In this document: one piece after another, positions 51,297-64,000 of the stretch
Numbering within the stretch: position 1 is the stretch's first letter
Layout of the letters: every line of letters begins with the position of its first letter
Assembly (NCBI RefSeq): GCF_032191835.1
Contig: NC_083228.1
Location: 112,468,001-112,532,000 of the forward strand
Reading direction: 5' to 3'
Source of the DNA: Heteronotia binoei
Lineage: Eukaryota
DNA length: 64,000 bases
Notes under the pieces: model-generated
What the model was told of the DNA's origin: nothing
Database searches by the model: none
Seen by the model: the letters and a program-made list of their open reading frames with translations, nothing else
Made by a program: the position numbers and the translations under genes

Positions 51297-52509
51297 CTAT
51301 CGCATACTGGGTCTGCCTGCCTCAGTGACACAATGGGAGCTACTTGCCTGCTAGTGGACTTTTGCCATTCTTTTCTGCTGCTTTGCTAACAAGAGATGTG
51401 GAGCTGCTGCTGATTATTGAGAGAGAGAAGGTACAGCATGTTCCACTGACTTCAATGGTGGGAGAGGAGGAAGAGGGAGCACAGAGATATGGAAGAGTTG
51501 CTGTTTAGCATGTATTTTGTATTACCTCAGTGTGATCTTATTAAAGGCAACAGAGGCTGGTGTTAAGGTGCAGCAGAACAAACACTGAAGGGTTTGAAGC
51601 TGTAGGACAGAGTATCAGAATGTGACTTGCTTTTCACAAAGGCTGACTGGACTCTTCACCAAGGCTGCCTTTGAATTCTTTTCTGAACAGCTGCAAAACA
51701 GTATGTCACCACAGCATTGTCCACCTCAGCACTGTACATTGTGCAGCATGCTTTTCCCCCTAGATACTCATTCCTCCATTCTCCATTCTCTGGATATCCA
51801 CCCCTCCCATTCTGTTTTAGAGTAGTCTCACTGGATTGTATTGCACCGAGTGCAAATTGCTGCTAAACTAAAAGGTAAGGTATCCTGAAAGCCACTCTAT
51901 CACTTGGTGGAGCTTATTTAATAATTTAAAGTTGAACACCTTGCTTCAAATTAACTCTCAATCTCCATTTAAAGGTCATAACAGAATAGTACACTTTCTC
52001 CTGTTCTTGGCTCTGCATTTTCTCTCCTATGCCTCTCAGGCAAGGCAGCCTTAATTTCACACTACAGTGCAAACAACTTTTCATTAACTCCCTGCTGTTC
52101 TTCCAAGGATTCAGAGATCTGTATACAGACTTAAAAAAAACAAAAAAACCCAACCCTTCCATCCATGTATTGGTCGATTCCAGATCTTCTTGCCGTCTAA
52201 AAAAATTTACTTGAAACATTTTCAAATTATACCATTCTAGTAGGTCAGGATGCTCCCAGGGTTGAGGGTTATGCTGAGTTTACCCCAAAATTATGAGAAG
52301 GAAGCAGTTAAGTAAGTTAAGTAAGTAAAGAAGATGCTCCACAATTTGCCAAGCACCAAAGAAGCAGAAACAGAATCAGGGTTAGAATCTATAGATCCAA
52401 AGACAGTTCCCAGCTAGCAATTTGTTCCAGTTAATTCTAGAAACCTCTACAGGCATTGTTGGAAATAATTCCTGCTGATTGTAATAATGCTGGACCACTA
52501 TTTTATGTA

Positions 52510-55500
52510 TTTAATTAATTAATTATTATTTATTTATTACATTTGATTTATATCCCGCCCTCTCCGCAAGCGGACTCAGGGCGGCTCACACTATCTACAC
52601 AATTAAACCAGTACAATATATAAAACCATAATTTAACATTTTCAGTTTAAAAAACATATTACAGTTAAAAATTATTAAAACCATTTTAAAGTGCTGAATC
52701 CCTACATTATAGCGGCATTAGAATTCCAAACAGTGATCACCGGCGTTCTGTGTGATGTCCGGTGGCAGCCATCTTCATCAAGCATCGAAGGCCTGCTTGA
52801 ACAACTTGGTCTTACAGGCCCTGCGGAACCCAGACAGATCCCGCAGGGCCCGTATGGCTTCTGGAAGAGCATTCCAGAGCTCTGGTGCTGCCACCGAAAA
52901 AGCCCTAGATCTTGTCACGCATAGCCTGGCTTCTTTTGGTCCGGGGACCGAGAGTAGGTTTTTTGCCCCTGAACGCAGTGCTCTCTGGGGGATATGCGGA
53001 GAAAGGCGGTCCCGTAGATATGCAGGTCCCTGACCATAAAGGGCTTTAAAGGTCAATACCAACACCTTGAAGCGAACTCGGAACACAACAGGTAGCCAGT
53101 GCAGCTCTTTCAGCACTGGCTGAATGTGCTCCCATCGTGGCAGCCTCATCAACAGCCGTGCCGCAGCATTCTGCACTAGCTGTAGTCTCCGGGTTTGCGC
53201 CAAGGGTAGCCCCATGTAGAGAGCATTACAGTAATCTATTATTGAGGTGACCGTAGCATGGATTACCATCGCTAAATCGTTGTGCTCCAGAAAAGGAGCC
53301 AGCTGCCGTGCCCGCCGAAGATGAAAAAAGGCAGATCTAACAGTGGCTGCTACCTAGGCCTCCATTGTAAGGGAGGACTCAAGGAGCACGCCTAAACTCC
53401 TGGCCTTAGGGACCGGTGTTAATGGCACCCCGTCAAGAGTCGGCAGATGGATCTCTCCCCTTGGACCACCCCGACTCAGGTAGAGAACCTCCGTCTTTGT
53501 CGGATTCAGTTTCAGTCGATTCAGCCTGAGCCAAGATGCCACGGCTTGTAGAGCCAGGTCTAGATTTTCCGGGGTACAGTCGGACTGGCCGCCCATCAAT
53601 AGATAAAGCTGGGTGTCATCCGCATATTGATGACAACCCAGTCCATACCTCCTGACAATCTGGGCAAGGGGGCGCATATAGATATTAAATAGCATCGGGG
53701 ATAGAACCGCTCCCTGTGGCACCCCACAACTAAGAGAGTGCCTCTGGGATACTTCCTCCTCGATCACCACCCTTTGTCCCCGATCTTGGAGAAAAGAGGT
53801 CAGCCACTGTGAGGCAGATCCCTGAATCCCCGCATCAGCAAGGCGGCTAGTCAGTAGCTGATGGTCAACCGTATCGAACGCGGCTGACAGATCTAATAAC
53901 AACAGCACCGCTGAGCCGCCCTGATCCAGATGTCGCATGAGGTCATCTATGAGGGCGACCAGAACCGTCTCCGTCCCGTGACCTGGCTGAAAGCCGGACT
54001 GGAATTGATCCAGTGCAGAAGTGTCCTCCAGGAACCCCTGTAGCTGAATTGCCACCGCCCGCTCTATAACCTTGCCCAAAAAGGGAAGGTTCGACACTGG
54101 CCGATAGTTCGCCAATACGGCCGGGTCCGCTGATGGTTTTTTTTTAAGAGAGGGCGGACCACTGCCTCTTTAAGAGGCGTGGGAAAGATCCCTTCTACTA
54201 GGGACCTGTTGACAATACCTTGTAGTGGTTCACGCAGCCACGTCTGGCTCGCTTTTATAAGCCAAGACGGGCACGGGTCCAACCTACAAGTCGTAGGGCG
54301 CACAGCTACAAGGATCCTGTCGACCTCCTCCAGGCTGAGTGGAGTGAAAGAATCCAAAATTGGACCAAAAGACGCGCTTGGTGCCTCAAGTTCTTCTACT
54401 GTATCAATTATGGCGGGTAAGTCGCGTCGGAGCAACGAGACCTTATCTGCGAAAAAACTTGCAAAAGCCTCACAGCCTATTTCCAATTCTCTAATATTTT
54501 GTTTGCCCTGCAGCAAATTTGTTAATGACCGAATTATACTAAACAATTGTGCTGGGCGCGAGGTCGCAGATGCAATTCTGGACGCAAAGTAAACCTTTTT
54601 TGTGGCCTGAACTGCCATCTCATAGGTCCGCATAAATGACCTATATGATGTTCTCGTAGCTTCGTCACGAGTGTGGGCCACTTGGGAGAGAGCAACTGTC
54701 TCCCCATCCCGCACCCAGGTCTCCGTCACGCAAGCCAGGTCCATATCCCGCCTGATAAAAAAATCTTGCAGGACTGAGGTTTTATTATTTATGGACCTGG
54801 CGTTGCACATTACCAGGGACGGAGGCGAGTATTTCCACTTGGTCCTCCTACCTGCTATCCGTGGGATGGGACACAGGCTGGAAGGGGAGCGAGCTCTCTT
54901 GTGTCTCAGACTCCTTCCGTTCAAACTTTGCCTGCTCCCACCGCTGTACTTTCCCCTCCCCAGGAGCACTGGAATCCCCTGACCTGACATCACTTATCAA
55001 AGATCTTCAAAAAATCCGGGTCACTTATATCAGATCAACAGCCGCAACATAAACGCATTCTATTCCTTCGCCCACTCCACCTAATAAATTAATTCTAACC
55101 ACTACTAATTACCTACTAATTTCCTCAGCCAATTTAAAAAAAATTATTTTTATTATTATTATTATTTAAATTAAATTAAGTAGATTAAGTTCATCCCCTC
55201 CCCCCCACCCCCACCTTCTAATTAATTTGCTGATTATATCGCCTTCACTTAGTGGATAAATAATCCCTTAGGTCTAATAAAATCAGTCATTCAATTTACA
55301 GTCAATCAATTTATAATCAATTTTAGAACCTAAAATAACAATAACTAATAGGTGGGTGGGAAGAGCAAAAAGTTTGTTTGCTGGGAAGGAGATAAACTGG
55401 TATGCCGCAGTTCTTAAAATGCTAGAGTGTTCTGGATCTCTTTAAAGTGTCAGTGCAGGGAGGAAGGAAGGTACTGATGTGCTGTAGATCTTAAAGTGCT

Positions 55501-56366
55501 AGGTAGATATTTTAAATAGAATGTTCTCAGGCTCTTTAAAGTGTCAGTGCAGAAAAGAGGGCGCAGAAGTAGTGCAGAGGTAGTAGGACATCAAGTCTCA
55601 GCTCATCAAGTGCTTCAGTGCTGGCATACAGTGTTAGGCAGTCCTTAAGGCACCGTAATGATCGTCTTTTATACGATGCCAGTGCAACCATCAAGTGCAT
55701 TCTTTGATATTACATTCCCGTCCGCGCCTCCTTCACCACCGGGTTGGGTAGCCCCTGTCCCCCTTCGGGGCCAGGCGTCCCAGCCCTCTGGCTCCTCCAC
55801 ACCGTATTTCCACCAGCTCGTTGTTCCAAAGCCTGGTCTTTACTCCTCTGCCCCTCCGCACCTTTCTCACTCCCTCTCCCAGCCGCCAGACACTCAAGCC
55901 ACTCACCCTGGCCGCAACTAGAACGGCCACGACCTCCAGCCTCCGGCAACCTCCTGTTTTATTGCCATGTCTTTTCGCCGCGCACTCCGCTCAGTCAGCT
56001 TCTGAGGCCTCTCTCCAGCTGACTCCTAATGCCTCAGCCGTTCACCAGCGACCTCCTCCGCGCGCTCCGCATCGACCACACTCCCCGGCTCTCCGCCTCA
56101 GCTGTCCGGCCAGTCGCTCACTCCAGACCGTGGCTGCGGTGGCCGACCGCCGCCTCCAGTATTTCCCGCACGCTCCACTCAGCCGGCCTCCGAGGCCCTT
56201 CTCTAGTCGCCTCCACACTCCTCATCACCAATGCTCCTCCAGACAAACGCTCAGTTGGTAAATAAGCGATCTTTTACAGTAGTTTGTTGTTGTAATTCGC
56301 GGTAATTTATTGATCTTATTCTCGGAGCCTCAGCACCCAAGCCCCACCCGCGCCGCCATCTTGGAA
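52510..56366 (-). mobile_element. Full-length L2 LINE with an internal ORF2 deletion
   Basis: (aaat)n tail and gggcgggatataaat 3' end, RT (LLDLSAAFDTVDH, GVPQGAVLSP, YADD), EN start (CNARSINNK, VTETW), CpG-rich 5' end beginning CAAGATGGCGGC. Frameshift near 54120 and TAG at 53354. Confidence 0.95.
56352..56363 (-). promoter_or_regulatory. YY1 consensus motif at the L2 5' terminus
   Basis: gccgccatcttg reads CAAGATGGCGGC on the minus strand. Confidence 0.7.
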
Positions 56367-57285
56367 AAACATTTCCACCCCACATTTTTAAAAAGTCCAA
56401 GGATGTCAGTGGCCAAGCCTTAATATTTTAAGGTTGAAAATGGGGATTTTAACAATTCATTTGAATATACTGCCTACTGTCTACTTTCATAGTTTCATGA
56501 ATTAATTGGAGCAAATTATTAGCTGGGAACTGTCTTTAGTTTTGCAGATTCTAACCCTGATTCTGTTTCCATTTCTTTGGTGCTTGGCAACTTGTGGAGC
56601 GTCTCTTTTACTTACTTTACCACACTTTTTAAATGCTGTATCCAGGGGTCATTTTGTAGAAAAATAGGTGGTAGAACTCATTAGCATAACTCATTAGCAT
56701 ATGCCACCTCCCCAGCCAAAAGCAACCGGATGCAAGAAAGCAGCTAGATTTGAGTACAGTAGCACCTTAGAGAACAACAAAATTGAGGGCGGAATCAGCT
56801 TTTGAGCTCCCCTCAGGAGCTTTCACTCTCAAGATCTTATAGCCCCCTATGAAAGCCCTGTCCACTTCCTTCAATCAGAGGAAAGATTTTCCCTCTGTAT
56901 TTCCTTCTCACCTGTAATGTGTCTTCTTCTTTGCTGAAGAACTCTGGCTGTCCCACCTATTGACAGTAATACGTTTTGGCTGTTGGCTCAGCCCAGGAAC
57001 CTGAGGGAAGGATCAAGAGCCTGCTTTATCTTAAACAACTTAAATGGCACTCAAGGTGTTTTGAAATTCAAAAACAAAAAAATATTTTATTTAACATAGA
57101 GGGCAAAGGTCAGGTGAAATCAGGGGTTGAAATTTCTGAAGTAAAACCAGTACATGCACAGATTTTAGTTCTTATGTTTCAGGCTAGTGAGAATTTCTTT
57201 TCACAGTGGCATAAATCTTTATGTTAGGAGGCTTTTGTTCCAATGTTTTCCCCAAACACTTCAGTATTTTTTCTTTGAGTATTCT

Positions 57286-58209
57286 TGTAATGTACTGGGG
57301 TTGGCGCAGTAAGAGACCAGAGTCGGAGAGTGATTTCAGTAAGCTTTACTTCAGGAACACACACACACAGACTGAGCTCTGTTCAAACTTCCCGCTCCTT
57401 TATACAATTCTTGCCCCCTTCTGATTGGTCCTTAACTATCTACATGGATTGGCTATTTACAGGGCCATAAGGGCCTATCAGGGTACAGTATGAGCCTGGA
57501 TGTTGATTGGCTACTTATGTTTCAATCCTTCCCCTGATTGGGCACGCTTAGGCCTTCTCTGGAACCCTGGTGTGGAGTTCAAGCTCTGGCTTGTTCGGCT
57601 TCCCTCCAAAAGTAACAGTTCCCTCCAAAAGTAACAGTTCTCCCATTTGAGCCTAGGACACAACAATTCTCTAACTCTTTTGGTTTTCAGAAAGCTGGTA
57701 CACTCTTTCCAGTACCCAGACCCCTTCTCTTGAAACACCAGTACTCGTCTTGAGTATTTAACTGACTCTTAAGATCTCTAAAGGCAGTTTCTAAGCACAC
57801 CAGACCAAGAATCTCTGCGCTCTTCAGAGCTAACTCCCTGTTTCACTAGGCCAGGGATTTCTCCTCTCACTATAAGAACTATCCGCTTTCTTCAGCCCAA
57901 ATGGGAATCTCCAGCTAACTACTCAGTCATCCTTGCCAACTTTCCCCAGTTCTCCTGTCTACAGTAACTACTCTTAGTCAGGGCTGAATTCTGAAACTTT
58001 CAGTATTCAACCGTTCTCAGCTAGGGTTGAAATCAGACTGAATTATATTCAGCATCCAGTTCAGAAGTCTTTGTCTGCTCAGATGATGCTATCCAATCAG
58101 ATCTCTTGGAACAGCTTGCCACTCAAGGCTCTCCGGCTCTGTGAAGAATAGAGCGGAATAGAAATTTACTAAAATAAAAAAGAAAGAAAGAAAGAATTAA
58201 CCCTTCACA
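57286..58209 (-). mobile_element. Solo LTR
   Basis: Minus strand starts TGTGAAGGG, has four CCAATC boxes (57423-57540), TATAAAGG near 57400, AGTAAA near 57345 and ends CA. 19-bp tandem duplication at 57601-57640. TSD weak. Confidence 0.72.
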
Positions 58210-59139
58210 GTCCTTTATCTGTTTACACAGCACTTCTAAGCTTTTAAAAGTGCAGTCCATCACATAGCCCTCCAATTTTGTCTGTCTCTAAGGTGCTACT
58301 GAACTCATATCTAGTGGTAATATTGTACTCACCAAGTTCCTTGATACTACAGAGAATAAAACTCAATGAGGTTGTAGTCAAGGTTATCACTTACATGGAA
58401 AATGTCCTTGCATGTACTTATTGTGAGTTACTCAAACCTAAGCTCAAAGGCAGAGCACATGTAAAAAGCCTTCATTTTTATAAATGTTACAGTTTGCAAG
58501 TCACTAACAAGCTTTCATGGCTAATCTCCTCCTAATTTTCTCTATTTTACACCTGATTATCTTTTTTTACCGGTTTGCAGCTGCGATATCTATGACTTTT
58601 GTTTGAAATGCTTAAATGACTATAAATTGTACTAATTTAATTACTGGAGCAGTAACTGTTTTGAGCCATATGTCAAATGTATTTTAATGGATTAGTATAT
58701 TTGTTGCAACAAAGATATCTCTGTTTTGAGCCTTTTTTTCTGCTGTCAAGTACTGGTATTTTAAAAGCAATATTGGAAGGGAAAAATAATATTTTAGATA
58801 GGTTCCATGATTGCATTTACAGAAGGACTATGTTTTTGAAAAGTCTGCAGTCTATAACATTAGGGAATATCTTGATTAGATGTAAAGGAGACTCCAAATA
58901 TATAACAGCTAGTGATCTATCATTGCACTAGTTGACACTTGTAATACTGTAATGATTAGGGTGAAAATTCTGCCCCTGTGGTCCTCCACTTCCTCAGTAG
59001 TCCCATTCATTCTCTTCCCCTCTGTCCACAGGATTGCACCACCTGTGGTCTTCTTCAATCCATTGTTTTCTAAGCCTCAACATTATCCACAATCTTGGAG
59101 ATAATAAGGCATAAACGCTAATTTAAAGGAATTAAGCAT

Positions 59140-59602
59140 TAGGCATGGGTATGGCCCTAGGAAAGGCAGTTTGTGGTGGATCACAAAGCAAACTGAACTG
59201 GCCAGGGCCCACACAAACTGAACCAGTCAAACAAGTTTGGTTTTCCCTTTCTCCCATGGCCAAGAAAAAGAGGGTGGGAATTGCCCTCAAAGAGACTTCC
59301 CTTCTACCTTTCTCCTGGCTGCAGCAAGAAATGGGAGATCTCCTGGAAAGGGGCTTCATTTACCCTTTGCTCCTCGCCTTTGAAGAGGCAAGGATCAAAA
59401 ACAAAAGGTGAAACAGCTGGCAGCCATTTAAATGTAACAGCTGGGGGGTTTAAATGGCTGGCCCTGAACAACAGAACTGAATGGCCCAAAATCTGGTATA
59501 TGTTTGGGGAATGCACCTTCCCCACCCATAGGTTCCAGAGGTCTGAATCGTCTCAAGTTCAGCCAAAATTTTGGTTCATAAGTTGATTCATGCCCATCCC
59601 TA
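59140..59602. mobile_element. Non-autonomous DNA transposon (taggcatggg / cccatcccta)
   Basis: Terminal inverted repeat, flanks ttaagcat/ttaagtac. A related fragment lies near 60060-60310. Confidence 0.6.
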
Positions 59603-61390
59603 TTAAGTACTGCTGACACAATATATGCCAACCATGTTAAAAGCTCCATACAAATGCTAAATAATTGTGTATAATTTATTATGATATTAGTAAATTTTGA
59701 AGTATGGGAACATTTTCCCTTTATACGATTTTGGAATTGGCAGCAATCTGTACACAAGCTTCACTCCTCCCATTGATCTTACTGGCTATTCCATCAAATA
59801 GAGCTAAAATATTATCTTTTTAGAAGATAATGGTTCTTTTCAGAGAGCTTTTTGCTGAATGGTTGTGATATACTGTTTTATCTTTTATTCCATTAACTAT
59901 GGTGGTGATAATTTTTGGCACACAGTTATGGGTTAACGTGTACTGGTTTGGGATAATTTGAGGGGCTGTTCTTGTTTTATTATTTTATCTATTTGTTGTG
60001 TTATCTGTTCTGTATGCATGCCCCTTTGAACTGATTTTCAGATAATGATATTTTAGCCAGGAAAATGTGGTTTGGTTTGTGGTGTGCCTGGTCCCAATGA
60101 GGCCAAACAAACCAATTTGGTTTGTGAGCTTTGTGACTCACAAAGTAGAATACTCCCCAGCATGGCAGAGACATCAAACTTGCAGGGGTTTCCTGCTGAT
60201 TCTTCTTTACCTGCCCTCCAAATTTGGTGCAGATAGGATTTACAGGGTCTGGGTTACAGCCCCCCAAAGAAGGTTCTCCCAGAAAAGTCCATTTAATATT
60301 TCATTTTTCCAAATCTCTGTTCCCTGCTAGGAGGAAGGGAAAGAGCTTGACTCACTCATAACCTCTCCTGCTAGATCTATTAGCATTTGTATGGTGACCT
60401 GAGGTACATCCTGCTAGGAGGCGTCACTGAACTGACAGCCCCTCTCCTGCCCATTCTCTGGCCAGACAGGGGAAAAACTTTTAAAATGCACAGTGGAAGT
60501 TTTGCTCAGCTCAAGCCTCCCAGGAAAAAATGCATTTCTTCGCAGATGAGAATAAAGAAATGAGCATGGAACAGCCCTACAGGGTCTGCAAGCGACGAGA
60601 GTCTTAGGACCCGTTCAAAGGTCATAGCATTTACCATCTTGGGCTTGCTTGACAGGTAGGCTCTGTTGAGACTTGTTTAGAAGTCAACACACACAGGATG
60701 AGGATGTACTAATATCTCTTCCACAGAACTTATAGAGCTATGGATGTCTAGTTTATTGCCATGGGAACAAGAATAACAACTTAATTTTTGGTTTCTTGCT
60801 TGAAAGTTATATTTTAAATATGCATGCATCCTGCTATGAGGTGTCATTTTACAGATTATTTCACCATGTTCTTTTGTATTAAAATGACAGAACCAGTGAT
60901 TAAAGTTTAAAGCATGGTAATTATTTGTCTGCTTTCTAACTGCAAACTAGAGCTGGCCTTAGTTTGGAAAATCTTTCTGCAAAATTGGTCACATTCCAGC
61001 TTTCTGTAATGAATGCATGTGCTTATTGCAAAATCATACATTTCTATGACATTTCATACATTTTAGACATTCTAGATTCCACAAATATTGTATATGTGAG
61101 AATGCGGCTTACTAGCTCATCTAACACAAATTAATTGCTGAGTTTGAGACAGCTAGGATTATAACTATCTTAGTTGTCTTGAACATAGTAATAAATTCAT
61201 GGCAGATGGTGAATACACTGAATTTCTATAGTTTTCTGCTTAAATTCTTAGCTAATCTGGATGGTCCTGAAAATAAAACTACATATAACAAAGTGGGCTG
61301 TTACTCACAATGGTAGTCCTATGTCATGCTTCTTTCTTTTCATAACATCTAATTTAACTTATCTAGCACCCTGAAATCATCACAATTATG

Positions 61391-61581
61391 CAGGGTTTTG
61401 TTGTTGTTGTTTTGTAGTAGGGGCTCCTTTTCATATTAGGTCACTCACCCCTGATGTAGCCAATCCTCCAAGAGCTTACAGGGCTTTTAGCACAGGGCCT
61501 ACTGTAAGCTCCAAGAGGACTGGCTAGATTAGGGAGTGTGGCCTAATATGCAAAGAAGTTCCTGCTACAAAAAAGCCCTGC
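61391..61581. mobile_element. Fully palindromic hAT MITE
   Basis: Same family as 43021, exact TSD caattatg. Confidence 0.92.
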
Positions 61582-62589
61582 AATTATGACTCTTTTTAAA
61601 AACTTTATTTAGTTGTCGAATGTTAAGCTTCCCCCTTGTTTCTGTTTTTTTAAAGGAAAGAAATTAAATAAAACCCCAACTATAACTGAGTTCATAAATG
61701 GATGCAGAATAAATGCATGGTGTTAATGCCATTGGAAGCCAAGGGCTATTGAACTAGACATTACAGAGGTGGAATTGGAACTTGAAACATATATACTGCT
61801 TCTGAGGGCCACTCTGTATTCCTTGTAATCTTCAGAGACGTCACCAGCCTCACACAGAGATCAGAGCTGAATGTCACTTTCTGAAATTGTCTCTATGGTG
61901 TGCACAAGAGCCAAGTCTGTTGTGCACATGTGACAGTTTCAGCATGGCTTCATATGTAAGGTTCACAGAAGGCATTCTCCTTGGATTTTGTCAAAAACCT
62001 TTAAGCTATACTTGGCACCACCATTGTGGACTGTGAAAGTACAGAACTCTTGTTTTGTATGCAAAAAAATAATCCCCAAACACACCACAAGCTGCCAATA
62101 TGGCTTTTCAAGTGATGACCAACTCCGACAGGAGTTAGAGTAGAACTTCTAAGGCACTGAATGAAGATCTCTTAATTAAACTCACCGAATGATCTTATAC
62201 TAGCGATATAGTCAAATTCTGACTTAATGCTCTCACAATACGCATTGCTCCTGTTCATTATGTGGATTTTCTCAGGAGTCCCATATTGAATGAAATTTAC
62301 TCTGTTTGCAACTAAGATGAGATGTATTTTGAGCTTGAGGAGCAGACCCATGGCATAGTGTGGGAAAAGGCACCATGGAGAGCACTGCTAGGTTACGTAA
62401 GCAGTAAACTGACTTTCTGAGCATCATCATCAGTCCCCAAGCAGTAATGTGAGAAATCATAAGTATGCAAAGGGGAAAAAGCCAGCCAGTTTAGAACTCT
62501 TGATAGAAATGTTTTTCAAAGCATTCTGAGATGCTATATGCCATTGGCAACCCAGTTAGGATTTGAGCCCTATGAATTTTCACATCTCT

Positions 62590-62990
62590 CATAAGAACAT
62601 AAAAGAAGCCATGTTGGAGCAGGCCAATGGCCCATCCAGTCCAACACTGTGTCACACAGTGGCCCAAAAAAACATCAGGAGGTCCACCAGTGGGGCTAGA
62701 AGCCCTCCCACTGTGCCCCCCCAAGCACCAAGAATACAGAGCATCACTTCTCCAGACAGAGAGTTCCAACAATACGCTGTGGCTAACAGCCATTGATGGA
62801 CCTCTGCTCCATATGCTTATCCAATCCCCTCTTGAAGCTGTCTGTGCTTGTAGCCACCACCACCTCCTATGGCAGTGAATTCCATGTGTTAATCACCCTT
62901 TGGGTGAAGAAGTGCTTCCTTTTCATTGAATGTCCATGAGTTCTCATATTGTGAGAAAGGGAGAAAAGTACTTCTTTCTCTACCTTCTCT
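62590..62990 (-). mobile_element. CR1 3' fragment with small internal deletions
   Basis: cataagaacata tail, collinear with 45128-45600. Confidence 0.9.
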
Positions 62991-63774
62991 CTCATCTCAT
63001 CTTAGTCCATCGAGTCTGATCATGAGTATTTTGGATAACAGTTTTAACCTTCCTCTGAAATACCAAAGATATCCTGGATATCTTCTTGGCAAATCTTCAA
63101 AATCCCAATCACAAGTTTATTGAAGGATTGCTTCAGAAGAATAAAGGTCAGTTTCTGTGTAATGCCATTTTCTTGGCTATTCTTGGAAAATGTACCATCC
63201 TTTCATTTTTATCTGTCTGTCCCCAAAAGGCTTTTCTATAGTTTTCTTGGCCATGAACCTCTGCTAACTTTTTAATCTGGCACTGCCAGTGCCATTGGTT
63301 CTAGACAAAAGATGGAAGAAATGATGTCCTCATCCAAAGAAGGTCTGCAGCTGACAAAGTTTTCTAGACAACTTCCCAACTTGCCCTTTTTCTTTTTGTG
63401 CAAAAAACTGCAAAAATGTCTGGAATGGTCTAAATGAAAAGTCGGTAGTAAGAAGGTGGGAGAACAGGGGAAAGTTCTGGTTCTTTTAAAGTCTGGAGGA
63501 TGTAGTGGAAGTAATATCTGCGTAACAGAGCACCCAGAAAAATTAAAACTTTAGTGGTTTAGGAGGAGCTATGCTGAAGATATTGCTCTGAAGGGTATTA
63601 TTGGAGAAAAGGGAGGAAACAGCTTGGTTATGGAGAAGAATGGGGATACTATAGGAAGCGGCATAGCAAAAAACATAAGGTGGGCTTGGAAGAAGTGAAA
63701 AAATAGACTAGCAGGAAGAAGAATAGAATGGTCACTGTTTAGGCAAATGTCAGGACAAGCCTGCCATGTTTTAT

Positions 63775-63983
63775 GAACATATGAAGCTGCCTTATACTGA
63801 ATCAGACCTTTGGTCCATCAAAGTCAGTATTGTCTTCTCAGACTGGCAGCGGCTCTCCAGGGTCTCAAGCTGAGGTTTTTCACACCTATTTGCCTGGACC
63901 CTTTTTTGGAGATGCCAGGGATTGAACCTGGGACCTTCTGCTTCCCAAGCAAATGCTCTACCACTGAGCCACCGTCTTTCCCC
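63775..63983 (-). mobile_element. Full-length Squam2 (Anolis SINE2)-like SINE
   Basis: Minus-strand tRNA head gtggctcagtggtagagc...ccaggttcaatccc and 3' ggtctgattcagtataaggcagcttcatatgttc. Confidence 0.88.
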
Positions 63984-64000
63984 TAAATATATATCTTATA

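Larger units (their letters stand above)
15970..64000 (+). other. KCNAB1: KCNAB1 intron following the Kvbeta1.1 exon (continues past the window)
   Basis: GT donor at 15970. No NLGKSGLRVSCLGLG exon seen in the ORF track or by eye. The corresponding mammalian intron is very long, from recall. Confidence 0.8.

Noticed and set aside
63420-63740. Purine-rich tract, possibly an ancient L2 on the minus strand
   Set aside because: Compositional hint only, with no translatable motif.

Overview
Vertebrate nuclear DNA from a squamate reptile, most likely a gecko (inferred from Sauria/Squam-type SINEs and hAT MITE families I recall from gecko genomes). The only host coding sequence I can recognise is the isoform-specific first coding exon of KCNAB1 Kvbeta1.1 (15749-15969, +). 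It encodes the N-type inactivation ball and is followed by a GT donor. I did not find the next, common exon (NLGKSGLRVSCLGLG), so the remaining 48 kb is intron. The rest of the window is dense in transposons: a near full-length CR1 and two long L2 elements (all three antisense to the gene and disrupted), three solo LTRs plus one weaker candidate, tRNA- and 5S-derived SINEs, Penelope-type remnants with decayed hammerhead motifs, and many hAT MITEs with 8-bp TSDs, some nested. There are two short N gaps. I found no firmly established new biological system. The best leads are a young OC1-like hAT MITE, a full-length ORF1-less L2 with an in-frame endonuclease deletion, a 41-bp CR1-derived patch inside a MITE, a 5S/RTE chimeric SINE, and a sense LTR promoter with a splice donor upstream of the Kvbeta1.1 exon. 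Family names come from recall, not database searches.
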